64,000 nucleotides of DNA from an uncultured Actinomycetota bacterium (GCA_963753505.1 CAVWCK010000002.1:205659-269658), one strand, 5' to 3'; shown: positions 20,121 to 30,141, numbered from the stretch's first letter. Made by a program: numbers and translations. Notes: generated from the sequence alone by a model not told the origin.

Positions 20121-20824
20121 GCACACTCACTTCGGCGCTGCTGGATCCGTTGATGGCGGCCGACCCGGTGGGTCCACGGATCACCTACTACGACGATGCC
20201 ACCGGCGAGCGGATCGAGCTGTCCACGGTCACCCTCGCGAACTGGGCCGCCAAGACCGGCAACCTGCTGCGCGACGAATTGGGCGCCGGACTCCGCAGCC
20301 GGGTCGCAGTGCTGCTGCCCGCGCATTGGCAGACCGCGGCGGTGTTGTTCGGAATCTGGTGGATCGGCGCCGAAGTCGTTCTCGCCGATGGTGACGCCGA
20401 TGTCGCGCTGTGCACTGCCGACCGGCTGTCGGAGGCCGACGACGCTGTTGGCGTCGGCGAGATCGCGGCGCTGTCGCTGGATCCGTTCGGCAAGGCGGTG
20501 ACCGACCTGCCGATAGGCGTGACCGACTACGCGACGTCGGTACGAGTGCACGGCGACCAGATTTCACCCGAGCGCCAGCCCGGGCCTGCGCTGGACGGCA
20601 GGACGGTCGCCGATGTTCTCGCCGGCGCCCAAGCGTCTGCTGCCGCACAAGGTTTCACCGCCAATGACCGAGTTCTCTCGTCCGCGGGTTGGGACACCCC
20701 CGACGAGTTGACCGACAATCTGCTCGCGGTTTTCGCGGCCGGAGCCTCACTGGTCCAGGTGGTGAATCCGGACCCGTCCGCGCTCGAGCGGCGTCGGCAA
20801 ACCGAGAAGTGCACCAAGGGCTAG
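20108..20824 (+). CDS. TIGR03089-family protein, Rv3268-like
   Basis: PRITYYDDATGERIELS..TLANWAAKTGNLL, LPAHWQ; start uncertain by a few codons. Confidence 0.88.
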   Translation: MRQLSTLTSALLDPLMAADPVGPRITYYDDATGERIELSTVTLANWAAKTGNLLRDELGAGLRSRVAVLLPAHWQTAAVLFGIWWIGAEVVLADGDADVALCTADRLSEADDAVGVGEIAALSLDPFGKAVTDLPIGVTDYATSVRVHGDQISPERQPGPALDGRTVADVLAGAQASAAAQGFTANDRVLSSAGWDTPDELTDNLLAVFAAGASLVQVVNPDPSALERRRQTEKCTKG

Positions 20825-20889
20825 CCACTGTCTCCCGCCCACCGCCCGATCACTCGATGAATTGACCGTCGGCTCACCGTGCCGAACAG

Positions 20890-20920
20890 GGTGAGGCTCC
20901 TCACATTTCTCCTCACATTT
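20890..20920. promoter_or_regulatory. CRP-like site plus 12-bp tandem repeat upstream of the Tat glycoside hydrolase
   Basis: GGTGA-N6-TCACA at 20890-20905; CTCCTCACATTT twice at 20897-20920. Confidence 0.4.
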
Positions 20921-21136
20921 GCTGTGTCATTAGCTTCGAAGTGGTAATGCCGCCGTCTGGCGACAGTTTCGCGGAGCGTAAAAGCTCGTATCCGGAATGT
21001 GACTGGATCGACATTGAATTATTGCTTTTGCCGTCAATACTGCAGGGACGTAATTGAGATTTATGCGCACTGGGCACGGACTAAACAGCCACGAACGAAT
21101 CGGCGGCAGTTCTGCGCCATTACGAAATGGAGCGAG

Positions 21137-22666
21137 ATGCCAGGCGGATATTCACGGCGCAAAGTCTTGGCCGGAGGCGCCGCAGCGGGCTTCACCGTTG
21201 CCGCCGCAGCCGTCGCCGACAGCATTATTCCGGCCTATACGCCGCGCCCGGCTCCGAATTTCAAACTGGTGGCTCGCCCCATACCAAAAGCGGGTTTTTC
21301 TGGCGGCTCCGAGTTCGTCTACGCCGACAGCGCCGTCCAGGGGAAAATGTGCGACGTAGTAACAGCATCGAAAACTACCGGATTACGACTTGACATACCC
21401 TGGTACTTTGCGCAGCCCACTGCCACAACGTACGACTGGACATTTATCGATAATGCGGTCAACCTGGCCTACAACCGGGGCTTCTTCCTTCTCGGCGTAA
21501 TTACGAGCACTCCGCCCTGGGCCGCGGTCAGTACCGGAAACCCGTATATCCGTCCCCGGAACGCAACCGACTATGCCAACTTCTGCCGAGCGGTCGCCAC
21601 TCGCTACAACGGCAAGATCGACGCGTATGAGATATGGAATGAGCCGAATGCCCGCACCTTCTTCGCCCCCAACCCGGACCCGGTGTTCTACACGTCGATG
21701 GTCAAGGCGGCATACTCCGCGATCAAGTCGGTCAGTTCGGCGATCTCCGTGGTCGCGGGCGCGTTAGGACCGGTCCCCACGTCCGACGGTTTGATCGATG
21801 CGAATGCCTTCTTGGCCACCATGTACCAAAACGGTGTGAAGGGCTCATTTGACGCGTTCTCGTTTCACCCTTACGAGTTCACGGGGAACTTCGCCCAGGG
21901 GGCGCCTTACGACAATTCGCCGATGCGTCAGATGATGGGCATGCATGCACGGATGAAGGCGAACGGCGAAGGCACCAAGAAGATCTGGATCACCGAGTAC
22001 GGTGCTCCGACGATCGCAGAGGTCACGCAGGATAAGCAGGCCGCACTCATCTACAACTGCCTGCAGCAGTGGCAGGGAGTCTCCTATGCCGGCCCGTTTT
22101 TCATCTACACGATGTGCGACGCCAACACGATATCAGCGAACCCCGAGGACCACTTCGGCGTTGTGACGAGCACATACGGCATCAAGAAGGCGCTGTATGC
22201 CGTTCAGGCGCTTGCGAATGCGGGATTCCCGCCGACCCAGGAGTATACGATTTATCAGCAGTATCTCGATCCGGCGCTTGGCCCCGCCGTCAGCCCCGCG
22301 TATCGAATCGGTACCGGGTGGGCGGTCGAGCACGAAAACGGGACGCGATTTGTCAGCGGCCGCGGAGCCTTCAGCTCTCCTCCGGATGTCGGAACCCTCG
22401 CGCGTCGCGTCCAGCTGGTGGCGATAACCCCCTTTGCCAACGGCATGCAGGACTTTGACAAACCGGAGGGATTCCGGATTTTCAGTAAAGCCGCCACGGG
22501 AACGCGTTCCGTTGTCGGATCCATTCTGGCGGCTTGGACAGCAGATCTCGGTTTTCCTACCTCGGATCAATACACCGTCCCGAATACCATCAACCAGGCT
22601 CAAGATTTCGAACACGGACGAATCACGTGGGCGCCCGGCACCGGCGCAAAGGTCATCAGGCTCTAA
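21137..22666 (+). CDS. Tat-exported clan GH-A (GH5/GH39-like) glycoside hydrolase with C-terminal LGFP-type repeats
   Basis: ATG 21137 after GGAG; twin-arginine SRRKVL plus hydrophobic stretch; YEIWNEPN (acid/base), KKIWITEYG (nucleophile); LGPAVSPAY...EHENG and LGFPTSDQY...QDFEHGRITW. Confidence 0.85.
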   Translation: MPGGYSRRKVLAGGAAAGFTVAAAAVADSIIPAYTPRPAPNFKLVARPIPKAGFSGGSEFVYADSAVQGKMCDVVTASKTTGLRLDIPWYFAQPTATTYDWTFIDNAVNLAYNRGFFLLGVITSTPPWAAVSTGNPYIRPRNATDYANFCRAVATRYNGKIDAYEIWNEPNARTFFAPNPDPVFYTSMVKAAYSAIKSVSSAISVVAGALGPVPTSDGLIDANAFLATMYQNGVKGSFDAFSFHPYEFTGNFAQGAPYDNSPMRQMMGMHARMKANGEGTKKIWITEYGAPTIAEVTQDKQAALIYNCLQQWQGVSYAGPFFIYTMCDANTISANPEDHFGVVTSTYGIKKALYAVQALANAGFPPTQEYTIYQQYLDPALGPAVSPAYRIGTGWAVEHENGTRFVSGRGAFSSPPDVGTLARRVQLVAITPFANGMQDFDKPEGFRIFSKAATGTRSVVGSILAAWTADLGFPTSDQYTVPNTINQAQDFEHGRITWAPGTGAKVIRL

Positions 22667-22700
22667 TGCCCGGCGCCGCGAGTTCGGTGAGAGCCGGCCG

Positions 22701-23870
22701 TCAGCGCAACAGCGCGCGCGACATCACCAAACGCTGAATCTGGTTGGTGCCCTCGTAGATCTGGGTGATCTTGGCGTCGCGCATGAACCGCTCAACCGGG
22801 AAGTCGACTGTGTAGCCGTAGCCACCGAACAGCTGAACCGCGTCGGTGGTGACCTCCATCGCGACGTCAGAGGCAAAGCATTTCGACGCCGAGGCAAGGA
22901 ATCCCAGCGCCGACTCGCCACGCTCGGCCCGTGCGGCGGCGGTGTACACCATCAGCCTCGCCGCCTCCACCTTCATCGCCATATCAGCGAGCATGAACTG
23001 GACGGCTTGGAAGTCGGCGACGCGCTTGCCGAATTGCTTGCGCTCCTGGACGTATTCGATCGCGGCGTCGACCGCGCCCTGCGCGATGCCGACGGCCTGC
23101 GCGCCGATCGTCGGCCGCGTGTGATCGAGGGTTTGCAGCGCGGTCTTGAAGCCGGTGCCGGGCTCGCCGATGATGCGGTCCCCGGGGATCCGGCAGTCCT
23201 CGAAGTACAGCTCGGTCGTCGGCGATCCCTTGATGCCCATCTTGCGTTCCTTGGACCCGACCGTGAATCCCTCGTCGTCGGCGTGCACCATGAACGCCGA
23301 GATGCCGTTGGCGCCTTTGTCAGGATCCGTCACCGCCATCACCGCGTACCAGGTCGAGCGGCCTCCGTTGGAGATCCAGCATTTGGACCCGTCGAGTATC
23401 CACTTGTCGCCGTCGGCGCGAGCGCGGGTGCGCATCGCCGCCGCGTCGCTGCCGGCCTCGCGCTCTGACAGCGCGTAGGACGTCATGGCCTCGCCGGAGC
23501 CGACCGACGGCAGGATCTGCTTCTTCAACTCCTCGCCGCCCTGAAGAATCAGGCCCATCGTGCCGAGCTTGTTGCAGATCGGGATCATCGACGACGACGC
23601 GCAGACGCGCGCGACCTCCTCGATCACCATGCACGCTGCGACGGAATCGCCGCCCTGGCCGCCGTAGGACTCTGGCACGTGGATGGCGGAGAATCCCGCC
23701 GCGTTGAGCGCCTTCAACGCCTCGTCGGGGTAACGGCTCTGCTCGTCGACGTCGGCGGCGTGCGGGGCTATCTCCTTCTCACAGAGGTCCCGCAGGACCG
23801 ACCGGAGCTCGAGGTGCTCATCGGAGAGCTTGAACAAATCGAAATCGGGGTTTCCAGACCAACTGGCCAT
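22701..23870 (-). CDS. fadE25: Acyl-CoA dehydrogenase
   Basis: MASWSGNPDFDLF, SYALSEREAGSDA, GSPTTEL, RDAKITQIYEGTNQIQR; next to purE. Confidence 0.92.
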   Translation of the reverse strand: MASWSGNPDFDLFKLSDEHLELRSVLRDLCEKEIAPHAADVDEQSRYPDEALKALNAAGFSAIHVPESYGGQGGDSVAACMVIEEVARVCASSSMIPICNKLGTMGLILQGGEELKKQILPSVGSGEAMTSYALSEREAGSDAAAMRTRARADGDKWILDGSKCWISNGGRSTWYAVMAVTDPDKGANGISAFMVHADDEGFTVGSKERKMGIKGSPTTELYFEDCRIPGDRIIGEPGTGFKTALQTLDHTRPTIGAQAVGIAQGAVDAAIEYVQERKQFGKRVADFQAVQFMLADMAMKVEAARLMVYTAAARAERGESALGFLASASKCFASDVAMEVTTDAVQLFGGYGYTVDFPVERFMRDAKITQIYEGTNQIQRLVMSRALLR

Positions 23871-23881
23871 CACGACTCCTT

Positions 23882-23897
23882 GCTACTCGCCAGTAAC
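23882..23897. promoter_or_regulatory. Candidate TACT-N4-AGTA operator, site 2
   Basis: GCTACT-CGCC-AGTAAC immediately upstream of the fadE25 RBS. Confidence 0.55.
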
Positions 23898-23911
23898 CTT
23901 AGCGCGGTGGA

Positions 23912-24451
23912 CTATTCGCCGAGCAGGCGGTCCCGCAGCGCCGCATCCTTCTCGAGCACCATCGCCTCGAGGTCGCGCTGGAAGGCCTCGACTCGTTCGC
24001 GTAGCTGCGGGTCTGCGGCGGCGAGGATGCGCACGGCCAGCAGTGCGGCATTGCGTCCGCCGCCGATCGAGACGGTCGCCACCGGCACCCCCGAGGGCAT
24101 CTGCACGATCGACAGCAACGAGTCCAGCCCGTCCAGTTTGGCAAGCGGCACCGGGACACCGATCACCGGCAGCGGCGTCGCCGCGGCCACCATCCCGGGC
24201 AGGTGCGCCGCACCGCCGGCCCCGGCGATGATCACCTTGATGCCGCGGCCCGCGGCGGTGCGCGCGTAGTCCAGCATCCGCTGGGGCGTGCGATGGGCCG
24301 ACACGACACCGACCTCGAACGGGATGTCGAACTCGACCAGCGCATGCGAGGCAGCTTCCATCACCGCCCAGTCGCTGTCGCTGCCCATGATCACTCCGAC
24401 CTGGGGCGGCGCGATTTCCTCCTCGCGCAAGCGCTCATCGGCCTTGGCCAT
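23912..24451 (-). CDS. purE: N5-CAIR mutase
   Basis: [44 protein letters not shown]. Confidence 0.97.
   Translation of the reverse strand: MAKADERLREEEIAPPQVGVIMGSDSDWAVMEAASHALVEFDIPFEVGVVSAHRTPQRMLDYARTAAGRGIKVIIAGAGGAAHLPGMVAAATPLPVIGVPVPLAKLDGLDSLLSIVQMPSGVPVATVSIGGGRNAALLAVRILAAADPQLRERVEAFQRDLEAMVLEKDAALRDRLLGE
24419..24440 (-). repeat. 22-bp interspersed junction motif, copy B (purK stop / purE N-terminus)
   Basis: CGATGAGCGCTTGCGCGAGGAG on the minus strand. Confidence 0.5.
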
Positions 24452-25742
24452 GCACGTCCCATCCGTCGGTCCATTCCGCGTGCGACAACCAGTGTGCCGC
24501 CCGTTGCGCTTGTTCACGCAGATTCGCAACGTAGGAAGTGTCGTCAGGCGATCCGCCTGCGCCGCCGAGAATGTTCACGTGGCCGACCTTGCGGCCGGGC
24601 CGCTCCCCCTTGCCGTACAGGTGGACCTTGGCCGCCGGCATGCGTGCGCACAGGTGGTGCACACGTTCGTCCATCGTCATCGTCGGCTGTCGCGCCGCGC
24701 CAAGCACATTGGCCATCACCGTCACCGGCACCGTGCGTGCGGTGTCGCCGAGCGGATAGTCCAGCACGGCACGCAGGTGCTGCTCGAACTGGCTGGTGTT
24801 GGCGCCGTCGATGGTCCAATGGCCCGAATTGTGCGGCCGCATCGCCAGCTCGTTCACCAGCAGCTTCCCGTCGACCCTTTCGAACAGCTCGACGGCGAGC
24901 ACGCCGACGACACCCAGTTCGGAGGCCACCCGCAGCGCCAATTGCGAAGCGTCCGAACCCGTTTCGCTTGCCAGGCCCGGCGCCGGCGCGATCACCTGAA
25001 CGCAGATTCCCCTCTGCTGCACGGTCTCCACCACCGGCCACGCCGCGCCTTGCCCGAACGGCGACCGCGCCACCAGCGCCGCCAGTTCCCTGCGCATTTC
25101 GACACGCTCCTCAAGCAGCACCGCAACGCCGTCGGCAAGGTAGCGCGCAACGACGTCGCGTGCCTCGATCAGGTCTGCGGTGAGACTCACCCCGCGCCCG
25201 TCGTATCCGCCGCGCACCGTCTTGACGACGATCGGGCCATCGATGCTGCGCGCGAACACGTCCACATCGTCGAGGCTCTCGACGGCAGCGAAGCGCGGCA
25301 CCGGTGCGCCAAGCGATTCCAGTCGGCGCCGCATGACCAACTTGTCCTGCGCATGTATCAGCGCATGCGGCGGCGGCGCGACCGTCGCGCCCTCGGCCAC
25401 CAGCTTCTCCAGCAGCGCGGTCGGCACATGCTCATGGTCGAACGTCACCACGGTGGCGCCATCGGCTGCGCGGCGCAGCGCGTCGAGATCGTCATGTGAG
25501 CCGATCACCACATCGGGGGTGACCTGGGCGGCCGGGTCAGCGTTGCTGACGGCCAGCACCCGCAGTGTCTGGCCGAGGGCAATGGCGGCCTGGTGCGTCA
25601 TTCTGGCCAGCTGGCCGCCGCCGATCATGGCGACCACAGGTGCTGCTACCTGGATCGCATCGCTCTCCCTGGCAAGTGAGCGGGGGTAGGTGCCGCTCGC
25701 GCGGAAGCGCCCCGAGTCCTCTGGTGACTTCGACACGCACAC
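24435..25742 (-). CDS. purK: N5-CAIR synthetase (ATP-grasp); exact start uncertain
   Basis: [52 protein letters not shown]. Confidence 0.96.
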   Translation of the reverse strand: MCVSKSPEDSGRFRASGTYPRSLARESDAIQVAAPVVAMIGGGQLARMTHQAAIALGQTLRVLAVSNADPAAQVTPDVVIGSHDDLDALRRAADGATVVTFDHEHVPTALLEKLVAEGATVAPPPHALIHAQDKLVMRRRLESLGAPVPRFAAVESLDDVDVFARSIDGPIVVKTVRGGYDGRGVSLTADLIEARDVVARYLADGVAVLLEERVEMRRELAALVARSPFGQGAAWPVVETVQQRGICVQVIAPAPGLASETGSDASQLALRVASELGVVGVLAVELFERVDGKLLVNELAMRPHNSGHWTIDGANTSQFEQHLRAVLDYPLGDTARTVPVTVMANVLGAARQPTMTMDERVHHLCARMPAAKVHLYGKGERPGRKVGHVNILGGAGGSPDDTSYVANLREQAQRAAHWLSHAEWTDGWDVHGQGR

Positions 25743-25871
25743 ATCGTGTCATGAGCACGCAGGTGGTCCTCGTCACAATCTCACCGCGCTAATTGCCATG
25801 ACCACCGGGTATACGAATGCCTGGATTCAAGATCGGGCACGGCCCCGCCGGTTTCCGTAAACTGCCAACTT

Positions 25872-26564
25872 GTGTCCTTCACCGACGCGACGATCGCGCG
25901 CCTTCCCGGGTTTATCCGGCCGTACTTCGAACGACATCACGAACTCATCAAATTCGCGATCGTAGGCGCCACGACCTTTGTCATCGACTCGGCGGTCTTC
26001 TACACACTCAAGCTCACGGTGCTGGAGCCCAAGCCCGTCACAGCCAAAATCATCGCCGGCATCGTCGCGGTGATCGCGTCCTACATCCTCAACCGAGAAT
26101 GGAGCTTCAGGGACCGCGGAGGCCGCGAACGTCATCACGAGGCACTGCTGTTCTTTGGCTTCAGCGGCGTCGGCGTGTTGATCTGTATGGCGCCGCTGTG
26201 GTTTTCCAGCTACGTGCTGATGCTGCGCGTTCCGGAGGTCAGCCTGACGGTCGAGAACATCGCCGACTTCATCGCCGCCTACATCATCGGCAACCTACTG
26301 CAGATGGGATTCCGATTCTGGGCGTTCCGGCGCTGGGTCTTCCCCGACGAATTCGGGCGCAGCCCCGAGAAGGCCATCGAGTCCACCTTCACCGCCGGCG
26401 GTATCGCCGAGGCGATGGAGGACGCCCACGAAGCGCACGAAGCGTTCAACGTCACGCCGCTGCGGCGGCCTGCCCGGCGTCGCCGTCAGTTATCGGGCCG
26501 GGGCCGGCTGCCCGATGACCGGCTGTCGGATTCTTCGGCACCCAACGTGTCGAAGACTTCGTGA
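25872..26564 (+). CDS. GtrA-family membrane protein, Rv3277-like
   Basis: ELIKFAIVGA, YILNREWSF, FRFWAFRRWVF; four TM segments; TAAACT -10 just upstream. Confidence 0.9.
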   Translation: MSFTDATIARLPGFIRPYFERHHELIKFAIVGATTFVIDSAVFYTLKLTVLEPKPVTAKIIAGIVAVIASYILNREWSFRDRGGRERHHEALLFFGFSGVGVLICMAPLWFSSYVLMLRVPEVSLTVENIADFIAAYIIGNLLQMGFRFWAFRRWVFPDEFGRSPEKAIESTFTAGGIAEAMEDAHEAHEAFNVTPLRRPARRRRQLSGRGRLPDDRLSDSSAPNVSKTS

Positions 26565-27037
26565 TAAAGCAGTGAGTGCACGCGCTCCACGCCGGGAATG
26601 TCGTGGAATTCCAACGGATCCTGGGATGCCGATTCGATAACCAGTGTCCCGGTCCGAAGCATCCGGTCGATCAGACCGTGGCGGAACTCCACACTGTTGA
26701 TCCGGGCCAGCGGGATGTCGATGCCGGTGCGGGTCAATACGCCATGCCGGAACATCACGCGGCGGTCGGTGATGACGAAATGCGTTGTCCACCAATTGAA
26801 AAACGGCCACAACGTCAGCCAGCCGACCAGCACCAGCCAGATTGCGGCGATCACACCGGAGATCACGTTCTTGGCGGTCTGACTCCAGTCGGTCTGGTTC
26901 ACGAACCCAATGCCGAAGGCCGCGATCCCGCTGGTCACCATCAGCACAAGCACCGGTGCGATGAGCCGTTTCCAATGTGGGTGCCGGTGCAGCACCACTT
27001 GTTCGTCGACGGCCAGGACGTTTTCCGGGTATCCCAC
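26486..27037 (-). CDS. bPH_2 (bacterial PH) domain membrane protein, Rv3278c-like
   Basis: MGYPENVLA..EQVVLHRHPHWK, FVITDRRVMFRHGVL, IPLARINSV, GTLVIESA. Confidence 0.88.
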   Translation of the reverse strand: MGYPENVLAVDEQVVLHRHPHWKRLIAPVLVLMVTSGIAAFGIGFVNQTDWSQTAKNVISGVIAAIWLVLVGWLTLWPFFNWWTTHFVITDRRVMFRHGVLTRTGIDIPLARINSVEFRHGLIDRMLRTGTLVIESASQDPLEFHDIPGVERVHSLLYHEVFDTLGAEESDSRSSGSRPRPDN

Positions 27038-27046
27038 GGTGTGACT

Positions 27047-27859
27047 CTAAGGTCGGGGCCGGTGAATCGGACGTATATGAACGACGTCGCCCGCAGACAC
27101 CTCGACGATCCGGCCCTCGGATTCGATGCAGAGCCTGCCCTGGTCGTCGACCGCCCGTGCCACGCCGATGACCTCGCGGTCGCCTGGCAGCATGGCGCGC
27201 ACTCCGGCCCCGATGGTCAGGCTGCGCGCACGATAGTCGGCTGCCAACTGCTGATCCACTGCGCGCCATTGCGCGATGCGGCGACCGAGCTCGAACAGCA
27301 GTCGGCTCGCCAGTTGCTGCCGGTCCGGCGCTGCCACGCCTAAGTCGGTCAGCGATATTGCCATCGGGTCGTGGACCTCATCGGCGCGCAGCGTGACGTT
27401 CAGTCCGACTCCGACGACGATCAGCGACTTCGGTGCGGCCACCTCGGCAAGAATTCCGGCCAGCTTGCCGCCGCCGGCCAGGACGTCATTGGGCCACTTG
27501 AGGCCCGCCTCGACACCCGCCAGTCCCGCCACCGTGTCAATCACCGCCACGCCAACGGCCAGCGGCAGCCACCCCCAGTTATCGGTAGGCACCCCGGCGG
27601 CACTGACTCCGGCCGACAGCGCGATCTGAGCGCGGGGAGCCGTAGCCCAACTGCGGCCGCTGCGACCCCGGCCGGCGGTCTGGTGCTCTGCGATAAGCAC
27701 CAGCCCGTCGATATCCTCACCGTCGGCAGCGCGCGCAAGCAGGTCCGCGTTCGTGGATCCGGTTTCCTCGATCACCTCGACGTGTTGCCATGGCAGGCCA
27801 GCCACTTCCTCACGCAATGACGGCACATGAAACGGGGGGCGAAGCCCTTCAGGATCCAT
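27047..27859 (-). CDS. birA: Biotin-[acetyl-CoA carboxylase] ligase
   Basis: TGSTN, AEHQTAGRGRSGRSW, LKWPNDVL, KLAGIL, GVGLNV, VSAGDV. Confidence 0.95.
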   Translation of the reverse strand: MDPEGLRPPFHVPSLREEVAGLPWQHVEVIEETGSTNADLLARAADGEDIDGLVLIAEHQTAGRGRSGRSWATAPRAQIALSAGVSAAGVPTDNWGWLPLAVGVAVIDTVAGLAGVEAGLKWPNDVLAGGGKLAGILAEVAAPKSLIVVGVGLNVTLRADEVHDPMAISLTDLGVAAPDRQQLASRLLFELGRRIAQWRAVDQQLAADYRARSLTIGAGVRAMLPGDREVIGVARAVDDQGRLCIESEGRIVEVSAGDVVHIRPIHRPRP

Positions 27860-27948
27860 CACCGAGATTATTCCGCAGTGCCCATCCAACATGCCGGCCA
27901 CCGTGGGCGCTACGGCGGCGTCAGGCGTCCGTGACGCTTTTTGAAAAG

Positions 27949-29439
27949 TTAGTACGCGCCTGAACCGCTCAATAGCGCGCGGACTGTCTTCATCGCGATC
28001 AGCAGATCACCGATCATGGACCAGTTCTCGACGTAGGACAGGTCCAGCCGAACGGATTCCTCCCACGACAAGTCGGACCGTCCGCTGATCTGCCAGAGGC
28101 CGGTAATGCCGGGTGGCACGAGAAGGCGGCGGCGCACGTCGTCGTCATACCTGGCGACCTCGGAAGGCAACGGCGGCCGCGGGCCCACCACACTCATCTC
28201 CCTGCGTAGCACGTTGATGAACTGTGGCAGCTCGTCGATGCTGTATTTGCGCAGGAACCTGCCGACCGGGGTTACCCGTGGGTCGTTTCGGATCTTGAAC
28301 AGAACGCCACCGTCGCTTTCGTTCAAGCTCAGCAGCTGCTCACGACGCTTATCGGCGTCAATCACCATGGTCCGGAACTTGATCATCGGGAACGGCCGTC
28401 CGTCCAGCCCGATGCGCTCAGACAAGTAGAAGATCGGACCCCTGCTCGTGCATTTGATCGCGATGGCCGAAGCGATCATCAGTGGACCGGCGATCAGCAA
28501 CACGAGAGTCGCGAAGACCAGGTCGAATGCCTGCTTTTCAAAGCGCTTCGCGCCGCGGTACTGCGGCTTCTCCAGATGAATGAGTGGAAGTCCGGCCACG
28601 GGTCGCATGACGACGCGTGGGTTCGCCACGTCGACGACGCCCGGCGAGACCACCAGGTCGACGTCGAGCTTCTCCAATTCCCACGAAAGGCTGCGAATGC
28701 CCTGCGGACCAAGATGCTCTGTGGCCGTCAACGCGACGGTGTCCGCGCGTGAGGCGGCGATGGCCTCGGGGATATCGCTTTCTCCTCCGTACACCGGCAG
28801 CAGCCCCACGCCGGGGACGTCGATGCCGTCCCGCAGAGTGCCGCCTGGTGTGCACACGCCGACGACGGTGTAGCCGTAGTCGGGGTGGCGTGCCAGAGCC
28901 TGGGTGAGCGCGCGCACTGAGCGCGGTTCGCCAACGGCGAGCACAGAGATTTGGAACTCGCCGAGCTCGCGTCGCTTGGCGATGACTCGGCGCGCCACGC
29001 AACGGCCGCCGAGTAGGCAGACCATTCCGAGCGGAAGCGCCAGCGCGAGGTAACCCCTTGCGATCTCCAACTTGAAAAGCATCGACGCCATCGCCACGGC
29101 ACCGAACACCGACAGTGTGGCGGTCCAAACCCGCCGGTATTCCTCGGGTCCAGCTCCGGTGATGCGCCGCGAGCGGGTCCGGTAGATCGACAAGGCGAGC
29201 AGCCAGGTTACGGCCAGCACGACCGACACCACGGTGTAGTCGACCTTCCAATAGACAAGGTCCTTGCCGGCCTCGCCGAATCGAAGCCGCTGGGCGACTA
29301 CCACGGCAAGGATCACGACGGCGGTATCGCAGACCTGTAGCCAGCGAATGTATTGCGGTTGCCATGACGCTCGAGCGGGGGCGGATTCGCTAGCTGCACT
29401 AGGTTGCTGTCGGCTTACGTCAACTTGTGACGCTGTCAT
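27949..29439 (-). CDS. Priming polyprenyl-phosphate glycosylphosphotransferase (WcaJ/CpsE-like)
   Basis: N-terminal TMs, CoA-binding-like middle region, and Bac_transf motifs KQAFDL, KFRTM, DPRVTPVGRFLRKYSIDELPQFINVL, VVGPRP. Confidence 0.94.
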   Translation of the reverse strand: MTASQVDVSRQQPSAASESAPARASWQPQYIRWLQVCDTAVVILAVVVAQRLRFGEAGKDLVYWKVDYTVVSVVLAVTWLLALSIYRTRSRRITGAGPEEYRRVWTATLSVFGAVAMASMLFKLEIARGYLALALPLGMVCLLGGRCVARRVIAKRRELGEFQISVLAVGEPRSVRALTQALARHPDYGYTVVGVCTPGGTLRDGIDVPGVGLLPVYGGESDIPEAIAASRADTVALTATEHLGPQGIRSLSWELEKLDVDLVVSPGVVDVANPRVVMRPVAGLPLIHLEKPQYRGAKRFEKQAFDLVFATLVLLIAGPLMIASAIAIKCTSRGPIFYLSERIGLDGRPFPMIKFRTMVIDADKRREQLLSLNESDGGVLFKIRNDPRVTPVGRFLRKYSIDELPQFINVLRREMSVVGPRPPLPSEVARYDDDVRRRLLVPPGITGLWQISGRSDLSWEESVRLDLSYVENWSMIGDLLIAMKTVRALLSGSGAY

Positions 29440-29526
29440 CGATCTCCGTTCGCCAGGACCAGGGTGCAACGGGATAAATATGTCACGCGAGACGCAACTT
29501 GGCGAGTGAAGCACGAATTTTCTTTG

Positions 29527-30141
29527 CTAGCAACTCTGGCCCTGCGAGAGAGCCTTGACCATGGCGCCGTACTGATACAGATAGGTGTATTCCCATTCCG
29601 CCAGGTTGAAGCGGTACGCACGCGGTACCGCGTGCATGATTAACGCGTCTGGCGAATTCGAGAAGCATTGCGAGAAGATCATCCGGGCACGCGGAAGATG
29701 GAACCGCCAACTCACCACGATGATGGACCGCCATCCGCGTGTGTCCGCGAGTCGCCGCACCATCGAGGCCTCTCCGCGCGTGGTCTCGGCCAGCGGCCTC
29801 CCGCAAATTACTTCGACACCGGCGATGGTTTCGTTACAGGCGCGCCGCATGACGTCGTCGCTGGTCGGATAGGGGTCGGATAGCACCACTGCCTGCGCTA
29901 GTCCGCGACGGGCCAGCCCGAGTCCGTAATCTTCTCTTCCGTCATGGTCGCCTGCGAGCACCACTACGGCATCAACCCTTTTCAGCGGGTCATCGGGCGC
30001 TTCGGAGAAGACCGCGAAGCCGGTCGCACCGATCAGCACCAGGACGGCCACGACGGCGCATCCAGCTATAACCAACGCGCGCTTGCGCGGTGCGAAGCCA
30101 CGCAGAAAACGATATCTGGACACAGACATGGTCTGCGTCAT
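29527..30141 (-). CDS. YdcF/DUF218 (ElyC/SanA-like) membrane-anchored protein
   Basis: N-terminal TM; DAVVVLAG, TTRGEA, IIVVSWRFHLPRARMIF. Confidence 0.78.
   Translation of the reverse strand: MTQTMSVSRYRFLRGFAPRKRALVIAGCAVVAVLVLIGATGFAVFSEAPDDPLKRVDAVVVLAGDHDGREDYGLGLARRGLAQAVVLSDPYPTSDDVMRRACNETIAGVEVICGRPLAETTRGEASMVRRLADTRGWRSIIVVSWRFHLPRARMIFSQCFSNSPDALIMHAVPRAYRFNLAEWEYTYLYQYGAMVKALSQGQSC

Noticed and set aside
26486-26564. 3' overlaps of convergent genes (79 bp gtrA-like/PH, 30 bp STAS/sigF, shared CTAG at 7301-7304)
   Set aside because: Such overlaps are common in compact GC-rich genomes; no further evidence of function.
27863-27948. att site or target duplication at the island boundaries
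   Set aside because: I found no matching direct repeat at the right junction (47650-47684), and there is no tRNA or integrase nearby.
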